From Opitutaceae bacterium (GTDB taxonomy: Bacteria; Verrucomicrobiota; Verrucomicrobiia; Opitutales; Coraliomargaritaceae): a stretch of 64,000 bases of DNA. The stretch is from NCBI GenBank assembly GCA_051252375.1, contig JBPOFY010000001.1, positions 640,001-704,000 of the forward strand. The letters are read 5' to 3'. Position numbers and translations under genes: made by a program. Below the pieces are notes generated by a model. It saw only the letters and a program-made list of their open reading frames with translations, was not told where the DNA came from and did not search any database. Shown here one piece after another: positions 49,079-58,727 of this stretch (position 1 is the stretch's first letter; each line of letters opens with the position of its first letter).

Positions 49079-50248
49079 ATGAAGCACACTGGACTCGATA
49101 AAATACTCGGACGCGTTGAAGACCTAGATTCGGTTAATCTGGGTATTCTTGTTCAGCGCTTGGCGCGTGAGCGTAAGATGCAGGAGACGGTCTTTAATAC
49201 GATTCAAGATGGTATTCTAGTGATCGATTCGGATGGGGTGGTGCAGTATGCGAATGAGGCCGCGTCTGGGATCATCGGGCTGAAGTCTAGCGATATCGGC
49301 GTCACACGTTTGTGGAAAATGGTGCCGGATCTCGCGCAATCAATTGATCGTTCGACTGTTTCTGGTAAAAAGAAAGTAGCACCGGTGCTTTCTCGAGAAG
49401 TGGAGTTGAACTATCCCGAGCATCGTATCGTGCGTTTATACATGGTGCCGATCGATGCGCAGGTGGGACATGACGATAGTGGTGGCTATGTGATCGTGAT
49501 TTCTGACATCACTGAAGAAAAAGTTTCGATGGAAGAGCTGATCGAGAATGAACGCACTTCTTCGATTGTTCGTCTAGCTGCGGGTGTAGCGCATGAGCTA
49601 GGGAACCCCTTGAACTCGTTGACGATCCATTTGCAATTGATCGAGCGTAAGCTGAAGAAGTTAGCGCTGGCGGAAGAAGGCCAGAAGCTGTCTGAGTCGT
49701 TACAAGTGTGCCAAGGAGAGGTGCAGCGGCTGGATGGTATCATCACTCATTTCCTTGAGGCGGTGCGCCCTCAGAAGCCTGAGCTCAACGAGTTGGATCT
49801 TGTCGATCTAGTGGATGAGGTCTTGCGCGTGCAAGAAGCCGAGCTGCGTGATCGGAAACTCGATGTTAATGTAGAGGTCGATTCGGAGCTACCAGCGATT
49901 CTTGGGGACCGTGGTCAGCTTAAGCAGGTGTTTTTTAATCTAATCAAGAACGCGATGGAGGCGATGCAAGCCGGTGGTCAGCTCAGCATTGTGACACGTA
50001 AGGACGATGACTTCGTCTATATGCAGTTTATCGACACTGGGTCGGGTATCTCTGAAGAGGAGCTCTCTCGGGTCTTTCAGGCGTATTATACGACCAAGAA
50101 GGAGGGGCATGGTCTGGGTATGATGATTGTGCAGCGTATCATGCGTGAGCATGGTGGTCAGATCAGCCTAGAATCACGAAAAGATAGGGGGACAGTGATC
50201 ACGCTGCAGTTCCCGCAACAGCACCGCCGGACACGTTTGCTGAAGTAG
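49079..50248 (+). CDS. PAS-domain sensor histidine kinase (NtrB-like)
   Basis: PAS domain, [31 protein letters not shown]. Confidence 0.9.
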   Translation: MKHTGLDKILGRVEDLDSVNLGILVQRLARERKMQETVFNTIQDGILVIDSDGVVQYANEAASGIIGLKSSDIGVTRLWKMVPDLAQSIDRSTVSGKKKVAPVLSREVELNYPEHRIVRLYMVPIDAQVGHDDSGGYVIVISDITEEKVSMEELIENERTSSIVRLAAGVAHELGNPLNSLTIHLQLIERKLKKLALAEEGQKLSESLQVCQGEVQRLDGIITHFLEAVRPQKPELNELDLVDLVDEVLRVQEAELRDRKLDVNVEVDSELPAILGDRGQLKQVFFNLIKNAMEAMQAGGQLSIVTRKDDDFVYMQFIDTGSGISEEELSRVFQAYYTTKKEGHGLGMMIVQRIMREHGGQISLESRKDRGTVITLQFPQQHRRTRLLK

Positions 50249-50267
50249 GTTTGGTGCGAGGATTTGC

Positions 50268-51299
50268 TTATTCTTTTAAGGTCAATTCGCAGCTGTGAGC
50301 GGCAAATCCTGCACCAAAAGAGGTGAGCCAGATATTTGCAGGCGGGCTCGCTTCGTAGAGTATGTCTTCGAGCGCGAACAGCACAGAGGGGCTACTGATA
50401 TTGCCGTAGTCGCGTAGTATTTTCCAGCTGGCACTGAGTTTTGTTTTGGGTAGTGCGGCTTCTAGGGCGAGTAACACGTCGCGGCCGCCTACGTGTGCGG
50501 CAATCTGGTGTTCCGGTGTGATGCCTGCGGTCGTGTAGAGCTCACGAACTACAGGTGCCGCCACTTCAGGCACTGTGCGGTCCAACTGGTTGCGAAGTTT
50601 GCCAGCCTTGTTGGTGAATCGCAGTAGCTCGCGGGCTTCTGGCTTATGGATTGTATCGAAGTTCCGGATGCGGTATCCGGTTGTGTCTGAGTTGTTTGAC
50701 CAAATGGTCGCCGAGGCGCCATCGCCGAAGAGGCAGGCGCTGATGAGCACGCCGGGGTCGTTATCGAGGTAGAAGGCGGCAGAGCAGATTTCCACGGCGA
50801 TGCAAGCGACGGTCGCTTGTGGGTTGGCTGCCAGAAAGCCTTCGGCACTGCGAATCGTTGGAATCGCTGCACCGCAACCAAGGCCTACGATATCTTGCAA
50901 GTATGTGCGATTGGACAATCCGAGGGCTTCTGCTACGTAACTGCTAAGCCCTGGGCACAAGTAGCCCGTGCACGTGCAAATGAATAGTGCGTCGAGAGAC
51001 GCAGCATTGATCTGGGCACGGTCGAGTGCTTTGCGCAGAGCCTCTTTGGACAAGGCGGGGGCGTGTTGCTCGAAATTCTGATTCAGTGTTTGAGCGTCTA
51101 GGGAGAATAATCGAGAGACGTCTTGCGTGGCGAAGTGCCTTTTCTGGATGCCAGTGTCGCCTTGTAACACTTTTTGGAGCAAGGTTTGTGCGCGGCTTGA
51201 GAGCTCGTTGAACTCTGGAGATACAGTTAGTATATCCCAGCACTCGCTTTGAGTGTATGATGCTTTGGGGACGGCTCGGCTGATGGATTGCAGATACAT
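50268..51299 (-). CDS. Type III polyketide synthase (chalcone-synthase-like)
   Basis: Catalytic Cys (GLGCGAA), His (AHVGG) and Asn (YGNISS); LFGDGA; FGAGF. Confidence 0.9.
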   Translation of the reverse strand: MYLQSISRAVPKASYTQSECWDILTVSPEFNELSSRAQTLLQKVLQGDTGIQKRHFATQDVSRLFSLDAQTLNQNFEQHAPALSKEALRKALDRAQINAASLDALFICTCTGYLCPGLSSYVAEALGLSNRTYLQDIVGLGCGAAIPTIRSAEGFLAANPQATVACIAVEICSAAFYLDNDPGVLISACLFGDGASATIWSNNSDTTGYRIRNFDTIHKPEARELLRFTNKAGKLRNQLDRTVPEVAAPVVRELYTTAGITPEHQIAAHVGGRDVLLALEAALPKTKLSASWKILRDYGNISSPSVLFALEDILYEASPPANIWLTSFGAGFAAHSCELTLKE

Positions 51300-52322
51300 T
51301 TAGTGCGTGAGTCTATAGAGGAGATTGAATGGAAGCAAATGGGTGCGTGATAAGCCGGCTAAAGCTCGCTGCCCCAGCGGGTGGCTCAGCCATGGGTGCA
51401 GGATTCGTGCGGCACGCAGGCGGCTGTCGAAGTGTTGGTGGAAACGTTCATCAATACTGTTCTTCGCGGTATTCCAATCGAGCTGGCCAGATGCATATTT
51501 CAAAATAAATGGAAACGTGATTTCGGCTGATTCGAGGGCAATCGACATGCCGTTACCGGTGAAGGGGGGGATGACGCTATACGCATCGCCCAAACGTAGT
51601 GTGGCTGCCTTTGATGTGGGTATGCTGGAAAATTCGATGCCTGCGACGCCAGCATGACTTTCTGGGTCGATGCCTCCATTAGCAATGCGCTCGGCGACTA
51701 CATTTAACCCAGATGCGTTGAGATAGGTGACGAGCCAGTCTGATCGTGGGGCTTTCAGGGCGGGGTTACGTTTGACGAGTGCGCACACATTGACGCGCCC
51801 ATTTTCAATGGCAGAGAGCCCGACGTAACCGTTCTTGCCCAGATGCAATTCTAGGTCTGCAGTGGTTTGCAGTTTGGTGCAGTGGAGTTTGAGCCCGATC
51901 CAGTCTGACGACTTTGTGAGTTGTCGCCCGTTACAGTAAACTCTTCCTTCATCGAGATCGGTGTCTTGAATGCGTTGATTCATCGCCAGTTGTCCGCCCA
52001 GCTTTTGAAAGCTCTCAGCCAGTCTTTGATCGATGAGGTGGCGAGAGATCCCTGTCGCTTCGGTGGGGAGGTCTTTGTGTAGCACCGTGCGTTGTCCAAT
52101 GTGCCAAGCGGTCGATTTGTGTAGGGCACATCCATCGAGTGCTGAGGAGAGCCCAAGTTCCTTGAGCGCTGTGGCACCTCGTCCACAAATGAACTCACCG
52201 CATACTCGATGCCTTGGGAGTGTGCCTGCTTCATATATGGTGACGGGCACTCCCTCGCGTTGGAGTGCGTTGCCTAAAGCGAGCCCTGCAAGCCCTGCGC
52301 CGATGATGGTAATCGGTTTCAT
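51300..52322 (-). CDS. FAD-dependent oxidoreductase/monooxygenase
   Basis: GAGLAG, RHRVCGEF, LGDA..VIPPFTGNGMS.A. Confidence 0.82.
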   Translation of the reverse strand: MKPITIIGAGLAGLALGNALQREGVPVTIYEAGTLPRHRVCGEFICGRGATALKELGLSSALDGCALHKSTAWHIGQRTVLHKDLPTEATGISRHLIDQRLAESFQKLGGQLAMNQRIQDTDLDEGRVYCNGRQLTKSSDWIGLKLHCTKLQTTADLELHLGKNGYVGLSAIENGRVNVCALVKRNPALKAPRSDWLVTYLNASGLNVVAERIANGGIDPESHAGVAGIEFSSIPTSKAATLRLGDAYSVIPPFTGNGMSIALESAEITFPFILKYASGQLDWNTAKNSIDERFHQHFDSRLRAARILHPWLSHPLGQRALAGLSRTHLLPFNLLYRLTH

Positions 52323-52978
52323 GGGCGGCGTTGTGCAATCATACGATAAGCCCCCATCAGAGTCTCCTGGATTTTCCATTGCCACTGGTCGGGTTCTAGC
52401 CCGAGCGCCAACGGCAGTTCATTTTGTCGGAAGCCTGCGTCGATGCTCACGCAGCCGTCGTGAAGGGTGACTTGATTGAACCCGATGAGTTTGCCTGCCA
52501 AGAGCTGTGCCTTATGGATCGTTCTTCGGCATGGCTCGCAGCAGAGAATTGTTTGAATATTGTGATCGTGAATGTGGCGGCCGATTTGTTCCAGTGCGGG
52601 TGCTTCGAAATGGTGGAGCACGAGGTTCGCAATTAAATGGGTCGCGATGGCGTAGTTATCCTCGTGAAGCAGATCTGCTTGCTTCCATTGCTCATCGTCG
52701 CCTTTAGGCCACTCAGAGGGGCACGGTGCGAGATCAAGTGCGGTATATTGCTTGGGGTGTAAGTGGTGGATGAGGTGTTTGGCGAGTGTGCCGTCACCGG
52801 CACCAATTTCTAAGTAGTGGGGGGCGGTTTCAGCGGAATTTACTTTCAGCTGTTTTATGAGCCAGCGGGTGTTACCCATGAGTTGATTGATCCGCTTTAG
52901 ATCACGCCGACTCGCCAAGGCGTCTGGATCAGACGCTGGCAGAGAATCAAGTATTTCAGGGCGGACCTTTCGTGGCAT
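52319..52978 (-). CDS. SAM-dependent methyltransferase
   Basis: E.LD, DL.RIN, LEIGAGDG, LVLHHF, DG..SI..GF; stop overlaps the next start (ATGA). Confidence 0.8.
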   Translation of the reverse strand: MPRKVRPEILDSLPASDPDALASRRDLKRINQLMGNTRWLIKQLKVNSAETAPHYLEIGAGDGTLAKHLIHHLHPKQYTALDLAPCPSEWPKGDDEQWKQADLLHEDNYAIATHLIANLVLHHFEAPALEQIGRHIHDHNIQTILCCEPCRRTIHKAQLLAGKLIGFNQVTLHDGCVSIDAGFRQNELPLALGLEPDQWQWKIQETLMGAYRMIAQRRP

Positions 52979-53140
52979 TAGCAGACGCTAATTTAAAACG
53001 ATCTTAAGTCAATGGACGGAGGGCTTGTCGGGCATGGTCTCATGCTGCTGGTCAGGACTGTCGAATCTGCCACGCTGCGCGGCAGTAGAGGGTCGTGGCT
53101 AAATATTTTGGAAGCATGTGTCTCTTTTCTATGAAGGCAT

Positions 53141-53175
53141 AAAAAAAGCCCGCTGATTCGAAAATCAACGGGCTT
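53141..53175 (-). terminator. Terminator after tRNA-Asp
   Basis: AAAAAAAGCCCG.TGATT...AATCA.CGGGCTT hairpin with the U-tract on the minus strand. Confidence 0.75.
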
Positions 53176-53178
53176 AAA

Positions 53179-53255
53179 TGGCGGGATAGACGAGACTTGA
53201 ACTCGCGGCCTCCTGCGTGACAGGCAGGCGCTCTAACCAACTGAGCTACTACCCC
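53179..53255 (-). tRNA. tRNA-Asp (GTC)
   Basis: GGGGTAGTAGCTCAGTTGGTTAGAGCGCCTGCCT-GTC-ACGCAGGAGGCCGCGAGTTCAAGTCTCGTCTATCCCGCCA: 77-nt cloverleaf with encoded CCA. Confidence 0.97.
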
Positions 53256-53274
53256 TAAAAGTTAGAAGACGCAG

Positions 53275-53302
53275 ACAGTAGAAACAGAAGAATTGAAGTC
53301 AA
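53275..53302 (-). promoter_or_regulatory. Putative sigma70 promoter of tRNA-Asp
   Basis: TTGACT-16 nt-TACTGT about 20 nt upstream of the tRNA, with an A-rich UP-like tract further upstream. Confidence 0.5.
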
Positions 53303-53351
53303 GCGGAGTTTTTCACTTTTTTTGTTTCTTTTGAATGCGTTGGAAGTCGGG

Positions 53352-53801
53352 TCATTCAACCTTTTCCATTGGGATCTTATTCGGCACTGGGACAGCTAGC
53401 ACGGGAGCCTTCGTTTTGATCCAGATGTTCTGCTCTTTAAGCAGTTTTGCAGTCACTACTTCACAGGCTTCACCGATGGTCTCTACGGGCATCCGGCGAC
53501 CTTTGGGAGTGGTATTAAACTCATAGGCGGCACTGATGATCTTGCTTGGCGCGATCGAAACACTGTCGTCTTCAGGAATTTGCACAACCCAGCCGACGAT
53601 ATCTTTTTCGGCGAGCGATCCGTCGGCGTCAGACAAAATAATCGAAAATTGTTTTTTGATGGGAGGTGGGCGATTCAGCTTTTCTTCCTCCTCGGCTTTG
53701 AGTTCCATTTCAATCTCCTGCATGACTGCATTGATCTTACGGATGTCGGGCTCGTTGCGTTGAAGAATAAATTTAAGGGTTTCGATGTCGATTTTTGGCA
53801 T
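53352..53801 (-). CDS. Conserved hypothetical protein
   Basis: 149-aa ORF with natural composition (GWVVQIPED, FNTTPKGRR). Confidence 0.65.
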   Translation of the reverse strand: MPKIDIETLKFILQRNEPDIRKINAVMQEIEMELKAEEEEKLNRPPPIKKQFSIILSDADGSLAEKDIVGWVVQIPEDDSVSIAPSKIISAAYEFNTTPKGRRMPVETIGEACEVVTAKLLKEQNIWIKTKAPVLAVPVPNKIPMEKVE

Positions 53802-53810
53802 GAGTAATTA

Positions 53811-53849
53811 GGAAGTTGGGAAGTTGGGAAGTTGGGAAGTTGGGAAGTT
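53811..53849. repeat. 8-bp tandem repeat (GGAAGTTG) x ~5
   Basis: GGAAGTTG GGAAGTTG GGAAGTTG GGAAGTTG GGAAGTT. Confidence 0.9.
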
Positions 53850-53880
53850 TGCTTGGTTTCGGAGATGGAAGTCAACTCAA

Positions 53881-56800
53881 CTACTTTTGATAGACAACTT
53901 TGACGCCGTCGAGCGCAGTGCCGAATGTATCCATCGATTCGATAAATGTATAGTCTGGGCTCGCGCCCCAATTCCAAGTTTTACCCAGGATGTAATGACG
54001 TATCGGTAGCGGTGGTTCGGTGTTTGGGATTTTGACTGTGTCGGAGACGGTGGTAATGACCTGTGCGGCAGTTTTTGCCTCGTTTTTAAGGCTGGAGATG
54101 ACGACGAGGCTTTCACCGGTATTATAAATTTGATCGATAGTGATGGCCCAGCCCGCGTCGGGTGTATCGAGTCGAACGCTGATGGTTTGCTTATTGGTCA
54201 CTGGTGCCGGAGTGGCATCGCTTGGTTCATTGAGTGAACCTGCTGCGACGCGAACAGCTTTCGCGGGGTCTAAGTATTTCCGGATAGCATTGTTCACCTG
54301 ATCTGTGTTGATGGTCTGTAAGCGTTTTGGATATTCATCTATATATTCTGGAGCAAAGCCACGTTGAACGAAGCTGTGCACTTGGCCCGCGACGCTGCCG
54401 GTGGTTGATAATGCAACCAGATAGGAGCCAGTTAAGGTTTCAATGGCGGCTTCGACTTCTGCTTTGCTGGTTCCATTGTCATACCAGTCTTGCACCACGG
54501 CGTCGGTCGCCGCGAGTCCCTGCGTTAGGAGTGCTGGGGCGAAGCTGGCGCCCAACAACCAGTTGCCTGAGGTTAGAATGTCGCCGTCGTGACTTGAGCG
54601 GATGCTATAGGTCAGCCCTTGTTTCTTGCGGACTTCTTGCATGAGCCGAGATTGGAAACTGCCGCCGAGGATGTAGTTGCCGATCATGAAGGGGATGTAG
54701 TCCTCGTCTGTGCGTTGGAGACCAGTATTGTAGCCATAGCGGATGGATACACTGGTTTTGTCGGCGATATAGATACGTTCGGAGCGTTGGCTGTTTTTAA
54801 GCGGATCGGGCACCTCGGTTGGGTAATCGACGCCTCCGCTCCAGCCTTCGAACGCGAGTTCGACTGCGGCGGTGAGTTGCTCGAAATCGATGTCGCCGGC
54901 AAAGACCAAAGTCATCGATTTGGGACCGTAGTGAGCGCGGTGAAATTCAGCGATCGCCTCAATGGTGGTCGCTTTGACGTTCTCGACGAGGGGCTCAATC
55001 GGAGTGGTGTAATTGGGGTGCCCTTCGGGGTAGAGTAGGCGGCTGGTTTCGGCACTGGCACGGTAGTCAGGGTCATCAAGGGCTTGCAGAAGACCTGCGA
55101 CTTGTCGGCTCTTAAGCGTTTCTAGCACTTCTGCTTCAAACGCTGGGTAGCGTAGCTGTTCGGCTAGCATTTCCATGACTGCTCCGGCATCTTGGCGCAG
55201 GAAGCGCCCGGAGAAACCGAGGTCGTGTGCTCCGGCCGCAAAGCCTAGGTCTGCGCCGAGTGTGTCGAGGCGCTCAGCGATGGCAAAGCGGTCATTTTTG
55301 GTCGTGCCTTTGTCAAGCATTGCGGCGGTGAGACCTGCCAGCACGGGTGCATCTAGCGGACTGAGGTTTTCGCCAGCTGCAAGACTGCCGACAAAAGAAA
55401 CGACTTCTTCAATAGGCATATCGATTGCAATGACATTGATGCCGGCAACTTCAGCGCTGTGCATGGCACTTGAAAAGTCGATGGTGATACCGCTACTATC
55501 AACTACTGTGTCTGCGGCGACTTCTTCATTCAGCGCAGTCGTTCCATATACCTCGGGGTCACGATAATAGTTCGTGCCGTAGTTGTGGCTCGTTGAGAGT
55601 GCTGCGGTTTGGGTTTGCTTGGGAACAAACCACCCGCTGGTGCTGTTTTTAGAGATGAAGTATTTTGCGGCCACTTGTTGAATCTCTTCGGCGGTGACGG
55701 ATTGAATCGCTTGTGGTAGCGTGATGTAGTGAGTCCAATCACCCATCGCGATGGCGTCGTTGATTTGGCTCGCGATCGCGTAGGAGCCGTCGCGACCGTA
55801 TACTGTGCTGGCTTTGATGACCGATTTCGCGCGGGCAAGTTCATCTTCGGTCACGCCACCTTTGACCAATTTATGAATTTCTTCGAGGACGATGGCTTCA
55901 GTCTCTTCATGTGTTGCATCTGGTGTGAGATACGCAGCAAACATGAATAAGCCGGGGTCGCGTAATTGAGGGGCATAGGCAAATGTGGCGCTGGCTTTAC
56001 CTTTGTCTTCGAGGGCGCGGTAGAGACGGCCTGTTTTATCTGCCCCTAGAATTTGTTGGAGAATGCTCAGTGCTGCCCAGTCTGTGTGGACGCCTTCAGG
56101 CACTTTGTAAGCGGTCATGACCACTCCGACTTGTCCGGTGCGCTCAATGGTGAGGCGTCGAGGACCGAGCTGTTCAGGCTCAACGGTATCTATTGTTGGA
56201 ATCGGGTTGTGCGCTTTTGGGATGGCCCCGTATTGCTTCGCAATGGTGTCGAGTGTGGCTGTCTTGTCAAAACCACCAATGATTGTGACGACGGCATTCT
56301 CCGGCCAGTAGTAGATATTGTAAAAGTTGCGCAGCTTTTCAGGTGAGGTGCTTTCGATGTCAGATCGCCAGCCGATTACCGGGTGCTGGTAGGGATGTGC
56401 GATGAAGGCGGTGCCGAAAATTTCTTTAAAAAGTGTGCTGACAGGGCTGTTTTCACCGCGTTCGTATTCGTTGCGGACGACGGTCATTTCTGAGTCGAGG
56501 TCTTCCTGTGTGATGCGAAGATTGCGCATGCGATCGGCTTCAAGCTCGATGGTGAGCGGCACATACTCGCTTGGCATGGTAGCGAAATAATTGGTGCGAT
56601 CAAACGAGGTGGTCGCGTTGGAACGTGCGCCGACGCGTTCCATGAGGCTGGAATAGTCATTGCCCTCGGCGCTGTTAAAGCGCTCGGTGCCCTTGAACAT
56701 CATGTGCTCGAGGATATGTGTGGCGCCGGTGGTGCCGGTTACTTCGTTACGAGCGCCTACTTTGTAAGTCACCATCACAGTCGCGACTGGTTGACCCTCG

Positions 56801-56955
56801 TTGGGGAGCAGGAGGATCGTCAAGCCATTCTCTGTCAGGCGATATTCTTCGATGTCGCCGACAGTTTGGACATGTTCGATACCTTCAGGTAATTTTTCGG
56901 AGGCGACCGCAGCAGCAGTCAGACAGGTAAAGAGGAGAGTATAAAAAAGCTTCAT
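53881..56955 (-). CDS. M16 family zinc protease with extra C-terminal domain
   Basis: Signal peptide, HILEH inverted zincin motif, NATTSFDRTNY, SRLMQEVR...GLTY. Confidence 0.9.
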   Translation of the reverse strand: MKLFYTLLFTCLTAAAVASEKLPEGIEHVQTVGDIEEYRLTENGLTILLLPNEGQPVATVMVTYKVGARNEVTGTTGATHILEHMMFKGTERFNSAEGNDYSSLMERVGARSNATTSFDRTNYFATMPSEYVPLTIELEADRMRNLRITQEDLDSEMTVVRNEYERGENSPVSTLFKEIFGTAFIAHPYQHPVIGWRSDIESTSPEKLRNFYNIYYWPENAVVTIIGGFDKTATLDTIAKQYGAIPKAHNPIPTIDTVEPEQLGPRRLTIERTGQVGVVMTAYKVPEGVHTDWAALSILQQILGADKTGRLYRALEDKGKASATFAYAPQLRDPGLFMFAAYLTPDATHEETEAIVLEEIHKLVKGGVTEDELARAKSVIKASTVYGRDGSYAIASQINDAIAMGDWTHYITLPQAIQSVTAEEIQQVAAKYFISKNSTSGWFVPKQTQTAALSTSHNYGTNYYRDPEVYGTTALNEEVAADTVVDSSGITIDFSSAMHSAEVAGINVIAIDMPIEEVVSFVGSLAAGENLSPLDAPVLAGLTAAMLDKGTTKNDRFAIAERLDTLGADLGFAAGAHDLGFSGRFLRQDAGAVMEMLAEQLRYPAFEAEVLETLKSRQVAGLLQALDDPDYRASAETSRLLYPEGHPNYTTPIEPLVENVKATTIEAIAEFHRAHYGPKSMTLVFAGDIDFEQLTAAVELAFEGWSGGVDYPTEVPDPLKNSQRSERIYIADKTSVSIRYGYNTGLQRTDEDYIPFMIGNYILGGSFQSRLMQEVRKKQGLTYSIRSSHDGDILTSGNWLLGASFAPALLTQGLAATDAVVQDWYDNGTSKAEVEAAIETLTGSYLVALSTTGSVAGQVHSFVQRGFAPEYIDEYPKRLQTINTDQVNNAIRKYLDPAKAVRVAAGSLNEPSDATPAPVTNKQTISVRLDTPDAGWAITIDQIYNTGESLVVISSLKNEAKTAAQVITTVSDTVKIPNTEPPLPIRHYILGKTWNWGASPDYTFIESMDTFGTALDGVKVVYQK

Positions 56956-57095
56956 AATTAGATCCACATTGGTCAGTGGTGGCATAGTAAAAGTTCCTTG
57001 CCCTTGGACTGCAAGCGCGAGGGGCTAGTTAATTGCTTGAATATTCAATGCGTTTGAGAGTTGCGCGCACTTGAGTTATGCTTAGCGGTGTGAGT

Positions 57096-57467
57096 ATGGA
57101 AACGGCAATAGATATCCCTGAAGGTGTGCGATTGGGCAATGAGAAGCTCATTCTCGTAACCGAACCTGCGGGTGTAAAACTCAAGTCCCTGATCGAGCGC
57201 GAGCAGAAGGGCGAGTATTTGCGGGTAAAAATCACGGGTGGCGGATGTAACGGCTTGAGCTACAAAATGAAGTTCGTCGCTGACGCCAAGCGCGGGGATA
57301 TCCTCGTTCGTTCCTCCGAAGCGCAGGTGTTGGTCGATACCAAGAGTGCACTATACCTCAAAGGCACGCACCTAGATTATTCCGATAAAATGGTCGGCGG
57401 TGGGTTTAAGTTCAGCAATCCCAATGCCAAGGCCAGCTGCAGTTGCGGCGAGAGCTTTAGTATTTAG
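57096..57467 (+). CDS. iscA: A-type Fe-S cluster carrier (IscA/HesB family)
   Basis: GGGCNGLSY, NPNAKASCSCGESF. Confidence 0.85.
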   Translation: METAIDIPEGVRLGNEKLILVTEPAGVKLKSLIEREQKGEYLRVKITGGGCNGLSYKMKFVADAKRGDILVRSSEAQVLVDTKSALYLKGTHLDYSDKMVGGGFKFSNPNAKASCSCGESFSI

Positions 57468-57476
57468 CCCATTCAT

Positions 57477-57507
57477 AAAAAAGGCCGACGCACTGCGTCG
57501 GCCTTTT
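57477..57507. terminator. Bidirectional terminator between iscA and serC
   Basis: AAAAAAGGCCGACGCA-C-TGCGTCGGCCTTTT. Confidence 0.85.
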
Positions 57508-57527
57508 GGGTATAAATTGTTGGTCGC

Positions 57528-58673
57528 TTAGCCTTGAATCTCAGCAAAGGCCCAATCGAGCCATGGGATGAGGGCTTCGATGTCGGCGGTGTCCACTGTG
57601 GCACCGCCCCAGATCCGGAGGCCGGCGGGAGCGTCGCGGTAGCTGCCGAAGTCGTAGCCGACGCCTTCCTTGTCGAGCATGGAGACGAGTTGCTTGGCTT
57701 TGGTGGCTTGTTCCTCTGCAGGTAAGGCTTGATACCAGTCTGCGGTGATCTTGAGACAGATCGAAGTGTTGGAGATCGTGGCGGGGTCTTCGGCTAGAAA
57801 ATCAATCCAGTCCGTTTTGGCGACCCAGTCAGCGATGGCCTTGAGGTTCGCCTCAGAGCGTTCGATGAGTGCGGGGAGCCCACCGATGCTTTCAGCCCAG
57901 CGGAGGCCGTCGCACGCGTCCTCGACGCAGAGCATGGAGACTGTGTTGATCGTAGCACCCGTAAAGATGTCGGCGATCAGCTTGCCACCCTTAGTCATGC
58001 GGAAAATTTTCGGCAGTGGCCAAGCGGGCGTGTAAGATTCGAGGCGTTCAATTGCGCGTGGGCTGAGCACGATCATGCCGTGTGCGCCTTCGCCACCCAT
58101 TACTTTTTGCCAAGACCATGTGACGACATCGAGCTTAGTGAAGTCGATATCCATGGCGAACACGGCGGAAGTAGCATCACAAATAGTGAGACCTTCGCGG
58201 TCGGCGGGGATCCAGTCTAGATTCGGAACTTTCACTCCAGATGTAGTGCCGTTGTAAGTGAAAACGACGTCGTTGCTGAAATTGACTTTGGAAAAATCAG
58301 GGAGCAGGCCGTAGTCGGCTTCATGCTTGGTGACGTTGTCGAGCTTGAGCTGTTTGATTACGTCGGTGACCCAACCGGAACCAAAAGATTCCCATGCGCA
58401 CATTTCGACACCGCGAGCGCCGAGTAGCGACCATAGGGCCATTTCAACCGCGCCAGTGTCAGATGCAGGGACGATCCCGCAGACATAACCTTCGGGCAGG
58501 CCGAGGATGGAGGCGGATTTATCGATGACTTCTTCGATGCGCGCTTTGGCTGGCTTTGCGCGGTGGGAGCGGCCTACTAGTCCTTCGCTGAGCGCATCAA
58601 GCGTCCAACCGGGGCGCTTGCTGCAAGGGCCGGATGAGAAGTAAGGGCGATTTGGTTTTACTGTCGGTTTCAT
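57528..58673 (-). CDS. serC: Phosphoserine aminotransferase (Methanosarcina/alphaproteobacterial type)
   Basis: FSSGPC.KRPGW, GRSHR, NGTTSGV, DATSA, SWQK, YRDAP.GLRIW. Confidence 0.9.
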   Translation of the reverse strand: MKPTVKPNRPYFSSGPCSKRPGWTLDALSEGLVGRSHRAKPAKARIEEVIDKSASILGLPEGYVCGIVPASDTGAVEMALWSLLGARGVEMCAWESFGSGWVTDVIKQLKLDNVTKHEADYGLLPDFSKVNFSNDVVFTYNGTTSGVKVPNLDWIPADREGLTICDATSAVFAMDIDFTKLDVVTWSWQKVMGGEGAHGMIVLSPRAIERLESYTPAWPLPKIFRMTKGGKLIADIFTGATINTVSMLCVEDACDGLRWAESIGGLPALIERSEANLKAIADWVAKTDWIDFLAEDPATISNTSICLKITADWYQALPAEEQATKAKQLVSMLDKEGVGYDFGSYRDAPAGLRIWGGATVDTADIEALIPWLDWAFAEIQG

Positions 58674-58727
58674 GGTTGAAAGGAGTGAGAAGTTAGGAGT
58701 GCGCAGTTAGAAGTCGAGTGCGAGTTT

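Noticed and set aside
53052..53240. 62-aa ORF MVRAPACHAGG...
   Set aside because: It is a translation of tRNA-Asp and its terminator.
50268..53255. PKS operon as a tRNA-integrated genomic island
   Set aside because: No integrase and no duplicated tRNA 3' end (att site) seen in the window.
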